A DNA stretch of 64,000 nucleotides from Paecilomyces variotii (GCA_004022145.1 RCNU01000015.1); one strand, 5' to 3'; counted from the stretch's first letter, positions 22,840 to 36,728 are shown. A program made the numbers and translations. The notes: a model not told the origin generated them from the sequence alone.

Positions 22840-24265
22840 TTACCCCTCCCATGTCGCCTCGAGGATTGAAAGTATAGAACCCGGTGGCTGCTTCGCACCT
22901 TTAAAATGGAACCTTGGATCAGCTTGTTCAAACAGGGATTGCCATTCATCAATGTCGCGTTCTTTGGCGTTTCCGATTTCTAGCATAGTGATGTCCATGG
23001 CCCTGAATGGCTTAGTACAGTACATACTTAGTGGTGCGGAAACGATAATATCGGGTTATGAAACACTTACCTCAGCTTTCGTTCAACATTATTAGGGAGC
23101 ACACCTGGAGGGGGCATCACAAAGTCCATAATAAGCACTCGCGAACCTGGCTTCAGAGCGGGGATTAACGCCTTCAGGGCCCTGATACAATACTTATCAG
23201 GCCAGTTATGTAAAGTCCAACGATAGAGATAAACGTCTGCGTCCTGCACAGGCTGCTCCTCGAAGAGATCATGCGTCATGAATTTCACGTCTAGGCCGAC
23301 TTCTTCCTTGGACTCTGCGACGACCTGAGGCAGCTCCTGGACGATTAGGTGTAGACTTGGGTATTTACGAGCCAATGCAAACGCTGCATCGCCATGGGAT
23401 CCACCCAGGTCGATAACAGTCCCGGCGCCTATCGAATCCCAGCAATATCCATCCGTGAGATGACGCAGGGAATATCCTTCGCCTGTGGTGAAAAAGCTCA
23501 TAGCGCCAGCAAACCGGCGCGCTCGATCGGGGTTTTTAGCTAGTTCGGCATAGAAAGACTGATCCGTACCGTTGGCCAGTGAGAAGCCCTACCTATCATT
23601 AGCGAGATACCACTGGGGATCTGGAAGCGTTCGCGAAGTGTACCGTTTGATTTGGCTCTGCGGCAAGTGGCCATTTTACAAGGGCATCCACAACTTTCTC
23701 GGCCGCGGGCCACATATCATCTACATTCGCCCCAACCCAGCTTGCGACACGGGCGTCTTCCGCGATCTGTCTGGAAGCTGCAGAGTGGGCAATGACTCCA
23801 GGGCGAGGCTCCTTGAATACGCGGTGTGCGATTCCGAGACGGAGAATAGAACAGAGTGCAGCACGATCAATACCAATAATAGCTGCCAAATCCGTGAATG
23901 TGATCTCTCCATCCGTAGGCACTTTGTTTGAAATATCGAAGCGCGAAATTAGTTTCAGATACACCACCGCATTGTGTTATTGTAGCGTTAGCTGCTATCT
24001 GGGCTCCATCGTTGGTAGATAAACGGACCTCGTGATTGAAAAGTAGATCCCTCGGTCCTTGAAATAAGTCATTGAGCTCTTGGCTTGCTTGGAGGGCTAC
24101 AGTGCGTGACTGTTCGATATGAGGCGGCAGACTAAGGTCAGCTGGCCCATTGGCCTCGAAAGATGGATATGGTAACCCCTTCTCAGCAAGATAAGAGTCA
24201 ATTTGTTGAGTGTGTTGCGCCACGGTGGTTGCCAGCTCGACGATCCGTCTCGGCGATAGAGACAT
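22840..24265 (-). CDS. SAM-dependent O-methyltransferase (fungal secondary-metabolite class)
   Basis: N-terminal dimerisation region (YLAEKGLPYPSF..GP), VFKEPRPGVIAHSAAS, VIDLGGSHG, HDLFEEQP, YRWTLHNWPD, GNAKERDIDEW; 3 introns. Confidence 0.93.
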
Positions 24266-25070
24266 AGTGGTTAAACGAGATCGGAGGCTGACAGCCTCAG
24301 ATTCATCTATATATGTACTGTGGGTGGTTTGAAAGAAAGGAAAGGAACCGTCAATACTTTAACTATTGTCAAATAGTGTCCTCAATTGAAAACGGGCTCG
24401 CGCCCGTAGGTACAAATTATTAGTGTATTGAAATAGTTGGCAGCCTAACTACAAACCTGTATCATTTTAGCGGATAAAACCAAGGAATCTAGGCGCAGAG
24501 ACGCCCTACGTACACGGCTCTTTTCGCCCCCATAGCAGGCAGCCAACAACAACGATACAAGTTTAGAAAGGCCATTTCATGCTGAAACTAAAGTTCGACG
24601 CTATTTGATACGGGTTCTTATCATGTCAGCACTACTGCAATTCTGCAACTGAAGGCGTGTATAATGTTACATTGTGTGGCGGGACTCTTATTCCTGATAA
24701 TGTCTCGAGCTGACTGATACTTAGGAAGCTTGAATTCGGATCCTGACGCCGTAGTCAGGATCGGCTATATCTGACTAGATGATTAGCTACTTACTGTGGT
24801 GGCCGGGTGAGCGGCGAACTGCTACTAGGAGCTTAGGAGCTTTGAAACAATGCAAGTGGTCATCTAGGCAGCCCGAAGCCGACTATTATTGAGGAGTGCT
24901 CCCCAAACGTTGAAAGTGGACCTTACTGAAACCTAATCACTTGTTCATTTGTTCACTTCAGTCTATCACGATGAATCTCTCAATTTGGTCTCAGTCTCTG
25001 GGGTTCAAGAATGTCTCTTTGACGTATTGATCTCTTGGCATAAATCATGCGCTATTCGAAGGTCGTCGCT

Positions 25071-25589
25071 TTACTGGCTTCCGGCGACTGGAGGAAAGAA
25101 GCCAATATAATAGTCCCGCTTGCCCAGCGGCACCCCCTCCTTTCGCAGAATTCCATACGCGGTGGTAAGATGGAAGAAGACGTTGGGTAAGGCAACAATA
25201 TGGGCATACGTAGCGCCGCTCATCTCAACCGTCTTCTCTGGACCAAGCTTAGTGGTCGCAAGCATGTCGCCATTTTGGTTAACGACGTTCTTGTCGGCCT
25301 CGTTGAGCACTTTCAGAACCGTCTCAATGCGCTCGTAGCATTGGGAAAATGTCGCGGGTTTGCCTTCAAAGGTTACCGGCTCCCGAGCTGTCAATCTTGC
25401 GGCCACATTTTCCGAGAACTGGGTCGCGAGGCGGACTTGATCTGTGAATGGGTACATGTCCTCGTGTAAACGAGCCTCGAGCAGACTGCTACCATCGGGG
25501 CGTTGCTCGGCTTGGTGGAGGATGTGGGATAAGGAGTTGAGGATACCTTGGAGGACCACAATGGTTCCATCGTACAAAGTATAACCCAT
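25071..25589 (-). CDS. DUF1993 (DinB/YfiT-like) family protein, intronless
   Basis: LLEARLHEDMYPFTDQVRLA and LPNVFFHLTTAYGILRKEGVPLGKRDY signature; ATG at 25589. Confidence 0.88.
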   Translation of the reverse strand: MGYTLYDGTIVVLQGILNSLSHILHQAEQRPDGSSLLEARLHEDMYPFTDQVRLATQFSENVAARLTAREPVTFEGKPATFSQCYERIETVLKVLNEADKNVVNQNGDMLATTKLGPEKTVEMSGATYAHIVALPNVFFHLTTAYGILRKEGVPLGKRDYYIGFFPPVAGSQ

Positions 25590-26049
25590 GTTTTCTTGGA
25601 GGCTCTGGGGGAAGATTGATGGAATGCTTGATTCTCTAGGAATTGAGCTCAAGAGCTCGAAGCTACTTATCTGCCGGGTTCTCTTTTCCTCCGATCTTTC
25701 GGGGTTCAATCTGATTAGTGCTGACAGCCTCACGCACGGAAAAGTAGCGACTACCAAGCCACTTCGTCATTAGCCTATAGCCAGTGTTTCCCACCGGGAT
25801 AGCGTCGTTGGCTGTGTCTGCATAGACCGGGATTGGCTTCAGTTCCTGTTCTAGTCCTAGGGTTAGATGGATCGAGCTATTAAACCCCGGAATGGAAGGT
25901 CCCTTACATAGAGGGACTTTCCAAGGTATGCCTTTCCTCGAATATTGAGAGTATACACGATTATTTCTGGGTGAAGAAGTGACTTGGGAAGGAATTCCCA
26001 AATAATCCTATTTTGCCGAACTTTAACTAGAAGGCGTCTATCATCTAGA

Positions 26050-26345
26050 CTATCCTAAGTTCCAGGGACTGTCCGCCCTAAGTATCTCTATTACTTCGTA
26101 TCGCCGCATCCTTAATGCCAGCATTAACCACGTCTGCCCATTCCAATTTCTCGCATCAACCTTTACACACCCTACTGACAAGATCTTCTGAATTTCTTGA
26201 TACCCATTCTCGGCTGCCAGCAATAACGGTGTATTAAGTACACTAGTAACAGGATCCACATTTACCCCGTCAATAGCTACCTAGGTAGTAACTTTCTTTA
26301 AATCCCGGTATGTCCATTTCCAAAGTCCCATCCAGATAGCAGGGA
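26050..26345 (-). pseudogene. Ankyrin-repeat gene relic
   Basis: IDGVNVD..NTPLLLAAENGYQEIQKIL..VDARNWNGQTWLMLA; upstream frame broken by stops. Confidence 0.6.
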
Positions 26346-26713
26346 GTATTAAACGATCAATAAAGCGCCGCGTTTGAGAGAGTCAAACAATTGTTGAGGG
26401 ACTAGCGCCCAGTTGTGATGCAATGACATACGAGTAATCTTCGCTTTTCATCATTATGGCTTCGCAAAACACTCTTGTATTGATCTCTTCGTTGAATCGT
26501 TGTATATTCACATCATTCTATCAGATAGGAACGTATATATAGGGTGATTATACAACTGTATATAGGCCCAGGGTGGCCAGAAACGCAATGGTGGCTATTC
26601 AGACTGCTGGCAATCTATTGTGCAGCGCTGGATCCAGTTAGGGTAGATGATGCGGTAGGGAAACCCTTTCCTTCAATATATACGACGATGCTGCGGGCGT
26701 TGGACACATCTTT

Positions 26714-27542
26714 CTATGGTATCGTTGCCTTATTGATTGTCGAAACCAGCCAGGAAGCGGCATCGTCGGTGTAATTGGTAAGGTACGTCAGATGCGTATT
26801 GAGGTCGTGTCCTCTGCAGCAGATCGGGTCGTTTTTGTCGCAGTATGAACGCATTCTGCTTGCGTAGACATCGAGAGCATCGAGCATGTTCTGCGTCCGA
26901 ATAGCGTAACCATTTATATCCCAGCCACTCAGGAGATTGTACGATTGATTTGCAGTATGCCGTGTATCGCCAAAAACTATAGCAGCGGCAACTATACGTA
27001 TTGCATCGTTAGTACGGAAATTAGTATATAGATAAAGGGCGAAAAAAAAAGAAAGAAAGAAAGAAAAGAAAAGAAAAGAAAAACGTACGATTCCTGCTAG
27101 CATTAGTAGATGTATCCAGCGCTGCACTGGCAGATTGCTTGCAGAGGTCCCATAGCTGGCCGCCTCCTCCACCGAGGATATCTGTGACCACCTGGGCACC
27201 CTGAGAATATCCGCTAATTACCAGCTTCGAATCCGGACATCGGTTGGCGTAGTCGATAAGCTGCTGGGTTCCGTTTTGCACGCCCGATTCGACAGACCAA
27301 CAGAATCCGTCGGTGCTGTTCGAGGTGGCGGGGTATATGATATCCTCATAGTCGCAATTTCTCAACTGGCTGCAGGTTGCATTCACAAGCTGGCCTTGTG
27401 TACCTGGATATGGTTCGGACGTGCCACGGGCGAGGAAAAAGTGCACCGAGGAGCAACTTTGCGTACGTTCTGTGATCTGGGTGGCCCAAACAGCATGGCC
27501 CGTTGTAAGGCCAATGCTCAATGCTCTCAGTATCGCAACCAT
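26714..27542 (-). CDS. Secreted CE5 acetylxylan esterase/cutinase-like protein
   Basis: FFLARGTSEPYPG, nucleophile elbow GYSQGAQV, FGD, YCDKNDPICC (Asp), HLTY (His); one intron with a poly-T tract. Confidence 0.93.
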
Positions 27543-28744
27543 ATTTCCGCTTCAGGACAATTATGTATATGTACAGTACGCTATACTTGGCGTATGTTCT
27601 TCTCAGCCCTCGTAGCGCGGCCAAAGGATGTCGAGCACCGGGCCATCTTTTATAGGCAAGTCATTGCGGCGACGAATGCATGCGCACTGTCATCGTGCAG
27701 TTCGGGTCAACCGCGAGACGCCCCAGAATCGCGGTCTACCACTAAATGCTGAGGGCTGATTTGTGTACCTGCCAGGAAATCCATCGCCAAGTGGTTCCAC
27801 CAGCCGCGATCTCATCGGTCATCGATAATCGGGATCGGTGGCTTTCGGGGGCTTTAGATTACTGCCCTAATTTCCAAGTTAAACCTCCAATAATAGCGAT
27901 ACATAACCCGAGCGGTCCGACACTAACACGTGGGAGTTATATCAGGTCTTGTCACTGGCTAGATTGGGCCTTTTGACTGTTTTCCAGTCCGGCTGTCGTT
28001 AATGAAGATCTACAGTGTGTTAACGCCATCTCCACCATGATATCATGGTCCTGGCTATATTTAAATTTGTATGTAGCAGCTTTTTGAAGGAAGCGGGAGA
28101 AAGCTTGCTTCATTGGATCTAGGAGCTAGGCGAAGCCTATATGGGCTCGCTAGGTCACGTGATCACTAGGGAGCAGGGCGCCGAAAGGGGCAGCCGGAGG
28201 GGGCCTTTAACACTTTTAACCCGAGTAGCTGCCTTGGAGTCTTCTTTTTTTCTTCTCCTTCTTTTTCTTTTTTTAGTTGCTACTCTGAAAGAAAACTCTG
28301 ACTTTCTCTTCTCTCTCCAGTGTTTAATATCCTTCGTACAGCTAATAAGGTTCAGTGATGCGCGGGATAAAGTAAAGCTCTTCGTGGATAGGTAATACTG
28401 CTAAAAGTGGGGAACCCGCCATAAGTATCAGTCGTGGGGCATACCTGTAACATCAGCATTACTTACTTGTCTTCTAAACATAACTCGTACACCCAGGATC
28501 TCTACTTACTCCCCTACTAGGGCCGGTGTGGGGAAATACCGATAAGGAGAACATCAATAGGTTAGCCCAGGTTCGGAACCAAGATAGCACAGAGTCTCTA
28601 GCGCTGTCAGAAAAGTCGCGTTTAAACATAACTGAAGCTCGTAAATCTGAGAGCAACCTCCTATTTATACCAACTCCAATCCTTGATAACAATAATCAAC
28701 GCTATCAACTCAAAAAAGAAAACACGCCATTAGTGAAGCATCAG

Positions 28745-31355
28745 TCATGCATATCCCATGGAAAACGGATCTACGCCCGAAATAGCTTGCATCTGCATCC
28801 ATGTATCCATCCACGGCATCTTGTCTTCCTCGACTGGGCTAAAGTCTCTATTGCCTAGCGCTTTCTGTATCACTAACTCTATGACGGCCCAGCGTTCCGG
28901 TCCCTCCGGCGAAGAGACGTGACTGTTAGTCGCATTCTCGGGTTGTTTCTCTGTAGCCTGTGCATCCTTCTCCAGCCAATCGTACCACACTTGGCACACA
29001 CGGTCGAGGGATCGTAGTTGCCATGCAGCGAGTTCATGTGACTTGGATGCCTCTTGCAGCGCATCGCAGCACGTTTGGAGGTCGGAAACTGCACGGGCAT
29101 GTACCTCGGAGCTCTCGGATGTGCAAGAAAGGTACAAATGTACCATAGCAGCAGTGAACATGTGATGTATGCCCTGGATGTTAATTCGACGCAGCGACCA
29201 TAGCCGTTTATAGATGCCTATTATGCGAGTAATAGCCTGCGCCGCATCGACATACTTTCGTCGAGAATCTGGTGACTGACCAGCACCTGCACCTGGTAGT
29301 GTGATGAACGGATGGTTCGCAAATATCATAGCCTCATGATACTGGGCATGCAGCAGGAGGATATGGGGAAGATAGACCGCGCATTCATTGTCGATATCAA
29401 TCATTAACTCATGCGGCAGTTCTTCCATCCATTTCTCTAAAGACCACGTGATCGCAGTGGTGTGCATTCGAAGCTGAGATATTGATCCGGTCTTTTTATC
29501 ATAGCTATCCTTCAGTTAGAAAAGTCGAGCTATTTCCAGCGTACGCGAGATGGACTTACAATGTATTCTGGAGTCTTTCCAAGATATTGCAGAGTTTCAA
29601 TTGGTAGTCCCACATAGACGCCAATGGGCTCACATATCTTCGGACGGTTGTCCCTGTATCTGTCAAATCTCCGGTGTAATTCTCCCAGTAATGAGGTGGG
29701 CCATTTCTATCTTGGGACGGCGTCCGCGCTGGGATCCTATTTACATGGGCGACTGGCATAACGCGTCGGCCGAGGTAATAACTCCACGCAAGGTCGATGA
29801 CGAAGGATCCCCAAAAAGCAGTGCTTCGGACGTTTGCTTCCTGGCGGGTCATTTCCCCTGACAACACGTAAGGTTCCACGTCCAGATGGAGCCCTAAATG
29901 AACCGCTAGTCGTGAGGCCATACCATCGTATAGCCAACCGCGGGAATCTCTGCTTCGACTCGCTTCGCTGCCACTCATGATGGTCAGAGCCTGGACCGTC
30001 GCGATAGTCGGGTCGTCAATATCACGTTCAAGGAGTGCTCTTGCTCGAGCAACAAAAAAGTCATGAAGTCTCTCTGGAAGTTCTGGGAATTTCCGATCCG
30101 TGAAGATAGCGCCCCAGGAACACCTTTTGATGCGTAAGAATTATTGTCAGCATCGGGGATCGTAGTAGACTCACATGGCATTCACCAATAGCTCTGAATA
30201 GTAGGATGCAATTACGGTATTCTTAACTGGAAAGCCTGAGAGCGCTTGTTTGCGGGCATCTAGGAAAGCATCTTGATGGACGACGTTCGAGTATGGATTC
30301 TCCCAGGTAAAATAGAGCTTGATAAGGTGGTCTTCCACCTCTCGTGGGACTATGCCCCCAACTCCCGCACGTTGGAGCCAAGTCTCTGGTACGTCATCCG
30401 CGTCGGACCATCGATGAATATCGGGCTGGAATGGGGTGGCAGTTCGCAAAAAATGTACATTCGATGTAGCGCCAAAGAATTTCAACTGGCCATCCTCTGT
30501 GAACTGAAGGGATCCTGTTCGCTTTGCCAGTATCTCTATCTCCGTGTCCAGACCGGAGACCTTGCTGTTTCCTCGGTCGATCCCTTGGATAAGAGCTCGC
30601 TCTCGGTCTCCACTTTCCTCGATCGGACCGACTGCCAAAGCCGCTGGAGACGTCGAGGTGGAATAAGAGAGAGCAGCTGGAGAAGAGAAACTCGATGGCA
30701 CAAACTTGTCAGTCGTTAAATCCTGCTGACCAGATCTCGAATGGAAAGCTGTAGCTGGCGGGAATGGGATGTTGTTCTCTCTCAATAATCTCTCGAGGAA
30801 TTGGATCCTTTCGAGGAGCTCGCTCACGTCGACTCTTGACACCCTAGACGGTTTAGCATGGTTGCATTTCCAAGGCGAACATTAAAAGGAGGAGTGCCAG
30901 GATTTGAGGTTCTGTGAAAGGTTTCTCGCTAATAATGCCGAATGCTTTGTGAAAGAAAGAATAAACAAGAAGTAAAACTGAAAATAGGGGGGAGGGGAAC
31001 GAGCCATGTCTCTTAACACCATGAAATCAAGGCAGCGGACAATGCCTGCCACATGCGCCCCTTGGTCTCAAACTCAACAGGTTTAATTGAGTCGTAATAT
31101 TATACCCAATTCTCCCCTCTTTGGCATAAAGGAATAACAATTGAACTCAAAAGAAGCCAGAGGGGCAAAGGTCTTCCGTTAGGTAAAGTCTGGTACTTAC
31201 TTCCGCTTATCTGGGCGTAAATATGTACACTGTTGCTGTAGTTTCTCACAGCTGGCACACCGTGGAGAAGCTGTGTCGCAACGGATTTTGAGACGGTAGC
31301 ATTGGTCGCAGGCTGTTGTGACAAGAGATGATCTTCGTCTTGACGGAGTGGACAT
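28745..31355 (-). CDS. Zn(II)2Cys6 transcription factor with fungal TF middle-homology domain
   Basis: ACDQCYRLKIRCDTASPRCASCEKLQQQC; FFGATSN, HLIKLYFTWENP, GWLYDGMASRLAVHLGLHLD, FWGSFVID, YYLGR; first intron ~350 bp. Confidence 0.93.
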
Positions 31356-32325
31356 GATCGAATCGCTGCCGGTTAAAAAGGAAAAAGGAAAAGAAGAAGA
31401 AAAGAAGAAATCCCCGCGAATCAACTGCCCTCGATCTGAACCCAGATCACAAAGCAATAAGAAGCACGGCAATTTTTACTAGTTAACGAGTTAAATAGAC
31501 GTCCATTCATCAGACACCGCATTAGTTACTCTGTAGTTTCTAATGAAGGCCTAGAATTTCTGGCTGCCGCACGGTCACCTGACTGCGGGCTATTGCGGGG
31601 GAGACACCAAAAGCCACCAAGAGCCACCGGGGCAGCGGATGTGCAAAGATGGAGAGCCGAGTCGAACAACTGAAAGAGCAACAATCTTGACTCCAGCAGT
31701 GCATTGGCCCGAGGACCAATGTCCATTGATTCGAACCATATGGCGGTGTTGACCACATTGATAGATGCTGTCCCGGGAGGCTATGAGTGATCCGTTCGGG
31801 GCGGATATCTCCATGACTTAACGAAATGGATTCACGCGGTTGTGTTGCCTTGTCGAATGTGGCAATATCCCTTCAAATTGGCCCTGCACAAGATCCGAAC
31901 TTGCAAAACACGTGTCCTGAAGTTCTGGTAATTGCCAAACTGCCAGTAAGGGACTGTCAAGACTCAAGACAAGCACTTCCTCGACCATAAGTATCTTGGG
32001 GTAATCTGGTAACTGTATCGCTCAATTTGCGGGGGCGTTGCCGGTAACTTTATTACCCCAGATCCACAATAATAATAACTACCGGCGGGCAGGTACATAC
32101 TCGGTACGGCTATCTTGGATATGATCAGAAATTACAGCTTATTGCCATCATGAGAATATGCGTCTGATTTGAATGATATTGACATATGAGACAATCACGA
32201 TACACTATTGCAGAGAACTATACGCCATGCCTAGGAACCATACAAGATGCTTTTTTTTTCTTGGCCGCCGGAACCACAAGACCCAAGGAACTATACACGG
32301 TATTCGAAATTAATCAAATTCTGCT

Positions 32326-34633
32326 TCACTGCTTCGCCTTCTTGGACTTGGCACTTGAACTCTTGTTCGAGTCCTTCTGCTGTCCATTGGAGGGCTTCTT
32401 CTTGCTATCCTTTCCATGGGACTTTTGCGACGCAGTTTCTTTATCGGTCTTCTCTTTCACCTCTGTGCCATCCTTCTTCTCTCCAGCAGAACCATCGGCC
32501 TTTGATTTGTCTAACACAGCTTTGGGGTTAATGCCCTTGCGCCGGAGACGGTTTCTCTCAGCACGAGCGATAATCTCGGCATCTGCATCATCTTCGAAGG
32601 GGCCAAACGTGTCGCCTGGCGTCTCGATCGTTGTTCCATCCTCGTTAGTGATAGGGGTCTTGTCGATGATCTCATCGCCATTTGTTTCAGCCAAGCCGTC
32701 TGCTTTCGGTGCAGCAGTGCCCGAGGCAGATGCTCCTGCCTTTGAGGCTGGGCTAGGGCCGGTCTTCTTCAGCTTGCAGACAAAGAACCCATCCACGTTC
32801 TCCCGGTGGGGGAAGTAGCGTCTCGTCAGGTTCATCTTAGCATCAAACTGCTTGCCCATATAGCTCTTGAAGCCTTCGCTGCCGAAATTGCCCAGACCGG
32901 TGTCAACGATCTTGACGTTAGGGCGCTTCCGCAACACGTACTGAACAACAGCTTCGTTTTCCTCGACCGTGACGCTACAAGTCGAATATACAATGTAGCC
33001 ACCTGTCTTGGATGAATGGTCCGTAGAGTCGATGGCAGCAAGCAGAAGCTGTCGCTGCATATGGGGAATTGCGAGGAAGTCCCGCTCGGTCTTGGAGGTC
33101 TTGACACTGGGGTCCTTGGAGATAACACCGGTACCGGTGCATGGCGCATCAAGAAGCACACGATCAAATCCACCCAGTGCTTTGGGGAAAGCCGTCCGAG
33201 CATCAAGGTTTGTCACAATAGTGTTCTTGCAGCCAAGACGGTGAATGTTACCAATCAGACCCTTGGCACGAACTTTGCTCGCATCGTTCGCGATCACACA
33301 GCCTGTGTTGCGCATCAACGCGGAGATATAAGTCGACTTTCCACCAGGAGCAGCAGCCATGTCGAGAACTCTTTCATGCGGCTGAGGAGCCAGGGCCATG
33401 ACGGGGAGGAATGATGATGCGGCCTGGAGTATATAGTGACCTGCGAGATATTCCGGGGTTGCACCGAGAGGTACAGCGGACTCGAATACCTGCAACCCGA
33501 CTTTAGACCACTTTCCGACGGGCTCAAGGACGACACCTCGGTTGATCAGCGCTTGTGCGAGAGATCTCCTGTTCGTACGGAGCGTGTTGGTGCGCAGCAC
33601 GACTGGACGCTGTGACGAGTCAGTAAAGAAGTTCGAGCAGGTCCTTTACATAGCAGCAGAGAGCATCTAGAGCTGAGAAACTACAACAGATGGGGACGCG
33701 GAATGAATTGAGCAGGAAGAGCATTCTGCTACAGAACCAGGAAACGAGCCGACTTACCGGAGTTTCGTTTGCCTCGAAGAATGCAAAGGCCTCCATCGGA
33801 GTGAAAAGTGAGAACAACTTTTCGGCCAAAAATGGTGTGTAACCGTAGTAGGTGCAAATGTCTGATATGAGGAGATCGACATAGTCCGTACGAGACTTTC
33901 CTGGTTGGCCGAGCTTCGCCAGGTCTCCTAGAATTCGAATCGTATCCGTAATGCGCGTACGTAGGAATTGGAGATCGGGAGCGAGCCCGGGTCGTGCGCC
34001 TTCGTCGCCGAATACGTCCGGACGGTCACCAGCGATATTTGTCTGCATTGCCGACTCCTGCAAGTCCCGCTGTGCCTCCTCTTCTTCGGCCTGTCTCTGC
34101 ATGTCCAGCTTTTTGGATAAACCCTCAATGTTTGCAGCAGTCAGCTGCTCTTCGGCATCGGACACATCTTCGTCTTCCGAGAATAATGTCTCCCGTGCAT
34201 GATCCTCCTCAGAGTCAAAGACAGAGTCGTCATCCACTACAGAGCCCTCATCCTTGCTTCCCACAGATCCGTCGCTAACTCCATCCAGATCGTCGAACTC
34301 ATCACCCATCAAATCCTCGGCGTCATGATCGGAGCTAAGTTCGTCGTCCGATTCGAAGAACTGAGCGGGGTTTTTGGGATGATTTTTCTTCTGTCGCGTT
34401 GAGCGTTCAGGCCTTGAGGCACCATTCTTCGCCTTTCCATTGGTGATCTGGTTAGCTTTCGTCTTTGGCTTCGATTTTCGTGTTTCATCGTCCGCCTTCG
34501 CTGTCCGTCGCTTCTTATCCGATGCTGGTTTGCTCTCCGCCTCGCTGGCCTTGCGCTTTTTCAAAATGGTAATTTTCGACTCATCAAGAGGGGCCGGCGG
34601 CCCCTGCTTCTTCATGCGACGACCGACACCCAT
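32326..34633 (-). CDS. NOP2: 25S rRNA cytosine-C5 methyltransferase Nop2
   Basis: MGVGRRMKKQG start; YYGYTPFLAEKLFSLF; VLDMAAAPGGKSTYI, FDRVLLDAPCTGTG, VYSTCS; one intron ~33610-33756. Confidence 0.97.
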
Positions 34634-34916
34634 CTTTGCGACAGGTTGAGGGGAGTAGAATAAGCGGGACAGCAGTCTCTGATGCTCTTGTGGGCCGCAG
34701 ACAATCCCAACTTTTTTTTTTCTCCGTTGCGGGAGTCGGCGCCGGCGAAACTCCTCCCGCGGAAGGCGGTCTGGCCCTGACATCAACCCCATCTACCTGC
34801 CTAGATAGTTCCATACTGCTATTACTACTAACGGAGATGCGCATACTTCAAGCTTCTGCAGAACCTCGTTGACCGTCTTGAACTGCCCTGCTATCTCACT
34901 TTTCTACTATCCCACC

Positions 34917-35749
34917 ATGTCCGAACTCGCTTTTTGCAAATCCTTCTTGTCTGCACTTGACACTCGCCCTGTCAAGCTTCCAGCGGACTATGTTTTTGAT
35001 CCGCAGACAGTGGGACTGCGCGTTCCTGTGAGTAATGCAGTCCTCCCGTCTTGTTCCCCCGCTATATGGCAGTCTAAATACCTTGGCTTGATGATATGAG
35101 GTGCTCCTTGTAAGAGATATTGTGAGAAAGTGATTGACCGTTTACGCCGTTCTAGTACACCCTCCCCCGCCTACCACCCCCGCACCCTTCCATGCCAAAG
35201 AAGATCAGGCCCACAATTGCCCCTGGCTCGTCCAAATCAATACGGGTTCATCTGAAATCTGCTCGGAATCCTGTTTTGCAGTTCAGTCTCGACCAGACCC
35301 CGGTCTCTACCACAACTGTGGAAGACCTAAAACGAGCAGTCCAGGAGCGTGTGGTATCTGATACTCAGACCGGCGCCAAGGTTCCATTAGACAAGATCAA
35401 AGTTCTGTACAAGCGGAAACCAGTCACTGGAAAGACAATTGCTGAAGTTCTAGCGGACGAGCCTGATGTGCTCACTGGAGGCAGAGAGGTGGAATTCGGG
35501 GTGATGATTATGGGTGGCGCGACTGTCATCGATGAACAACCTCCAACACAAACAAAACAAAAGGAGAATGAGCCACCTACCGGTCCAATTCAACCAAAGC
35601 CTGCTGTCGGGCCCAGTGGAGAGGAGGTTTTGAAGACAGAAGCATTCTGGGATGATCTCCAGGGTTTCTTGGCTCAGAGGATCAAGGACGAGAAGGAAGC
35701 GGCTCGGTTGCGACAAGTCTTCCACACTGCTTGGGCAGGAACACAATAG
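34917..35749 (+). CDS. Get5/Mdy2-like ubiquitin-like protein (Blt1-type N- and C-terminal domains)
   Basis: MSELAFCKSFLSALDTRPVKLPADY, YTLPRL, Ubl-like region (VHLKSARNP..TVEDLK..KIKVLYKRKPV), C-terminal FWDDLQGFL; one intron; divergent from NOP2. Confidence 0.8.
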
Positions 35750-36728
35750 GAATGGAATGCAACTGCTACTTGTAATAGTTTCTTTATATGATTAATACCA
35801 CATCTCTTGGAAATCACCTTATCGATTTTGTCTTTTTCGCGATTCTCTGGCTATTTGGCAGCCGTAATGGCTAGAATTATTCTTACTGCTATGGGCAGAT
35901 ATCAATGTATCTGGCCCAACCTTCGCATACTGCATAGGCATATGTACACATATTTCACAATTTTGGATAGCCACCCAAAACATTAGCTTCTCAAGATACG
36001 CACATTGGACTGGCTCAGTCAGATGCTCTGGGAGCGATTCAGCCTATGTTCTGAGTGAATTGACCACAAATATCAGTTCTCTCGCAGCGGCAGGCAGAGT
36101 ACACATTCCACTTCATCAGGCTAGAAAGGTGACCAATCCTAGAGAGGATTTATCCGGGAGTTCAGAAAGTAATATGGAGCTGTTATACACATTCATATGC
36201 GCACGAAATTAAAGGAGGCATAAAGACGCAGGTAGAGAAGGAGACACGAGGGTCAGGATACAAGCTTCAATCCCTTCCATGCAAAACAAGGACCAAGTAG
36301 AAAGATACATAAGTAAAGTCGTCGGCGCTAGAGTCAAAGTCCCATTAGAAGAGCTCAAGTCTCAAGAGCATCGCCGGGAAAACGAAGGCGACCCAAAAAA
36401 ATGTGCTAGCTCATCAAGGTACTGGGCATTTTATCATCTTCACGATATCAGACGAAAGTAGGATTATCACGTGTTAGACTCTGTTATGGCGCACGTGATA
36501 GAAGAGACTGCCCAGCAATAATAAAGGGAATAAAGGGGAGTGTGAGTATCACTCAGGGAAGAGACACTAATCACAGAGGGGAACATGTGCCATGCAGGCC
36601 ACCATTCCAAATGCTCAAATAGGTCAATCGGTTAGCCATTCATACTTTTCTCTGTATAATGACAGATTGTATCGCGTTCATGAGAAGAAGAAATCGAATC
36701 GTATATTGGCGTCATCCATGGAGAGTCA

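Noticed and set aside
24739-24762. Hairpin GATCCTGAC-n6-GTCAGGATC between the O-methyltransferase and DUF1993 genes
   Set aside because: Single 9-bp stem with no supporting context; plausible by chance.
1-32000. Starship giant transposon
   Set aside because: No DUF3435 captain, DUF3723 or recognisable terminus seen. It cannot be excluded if the captain lies outside the window.
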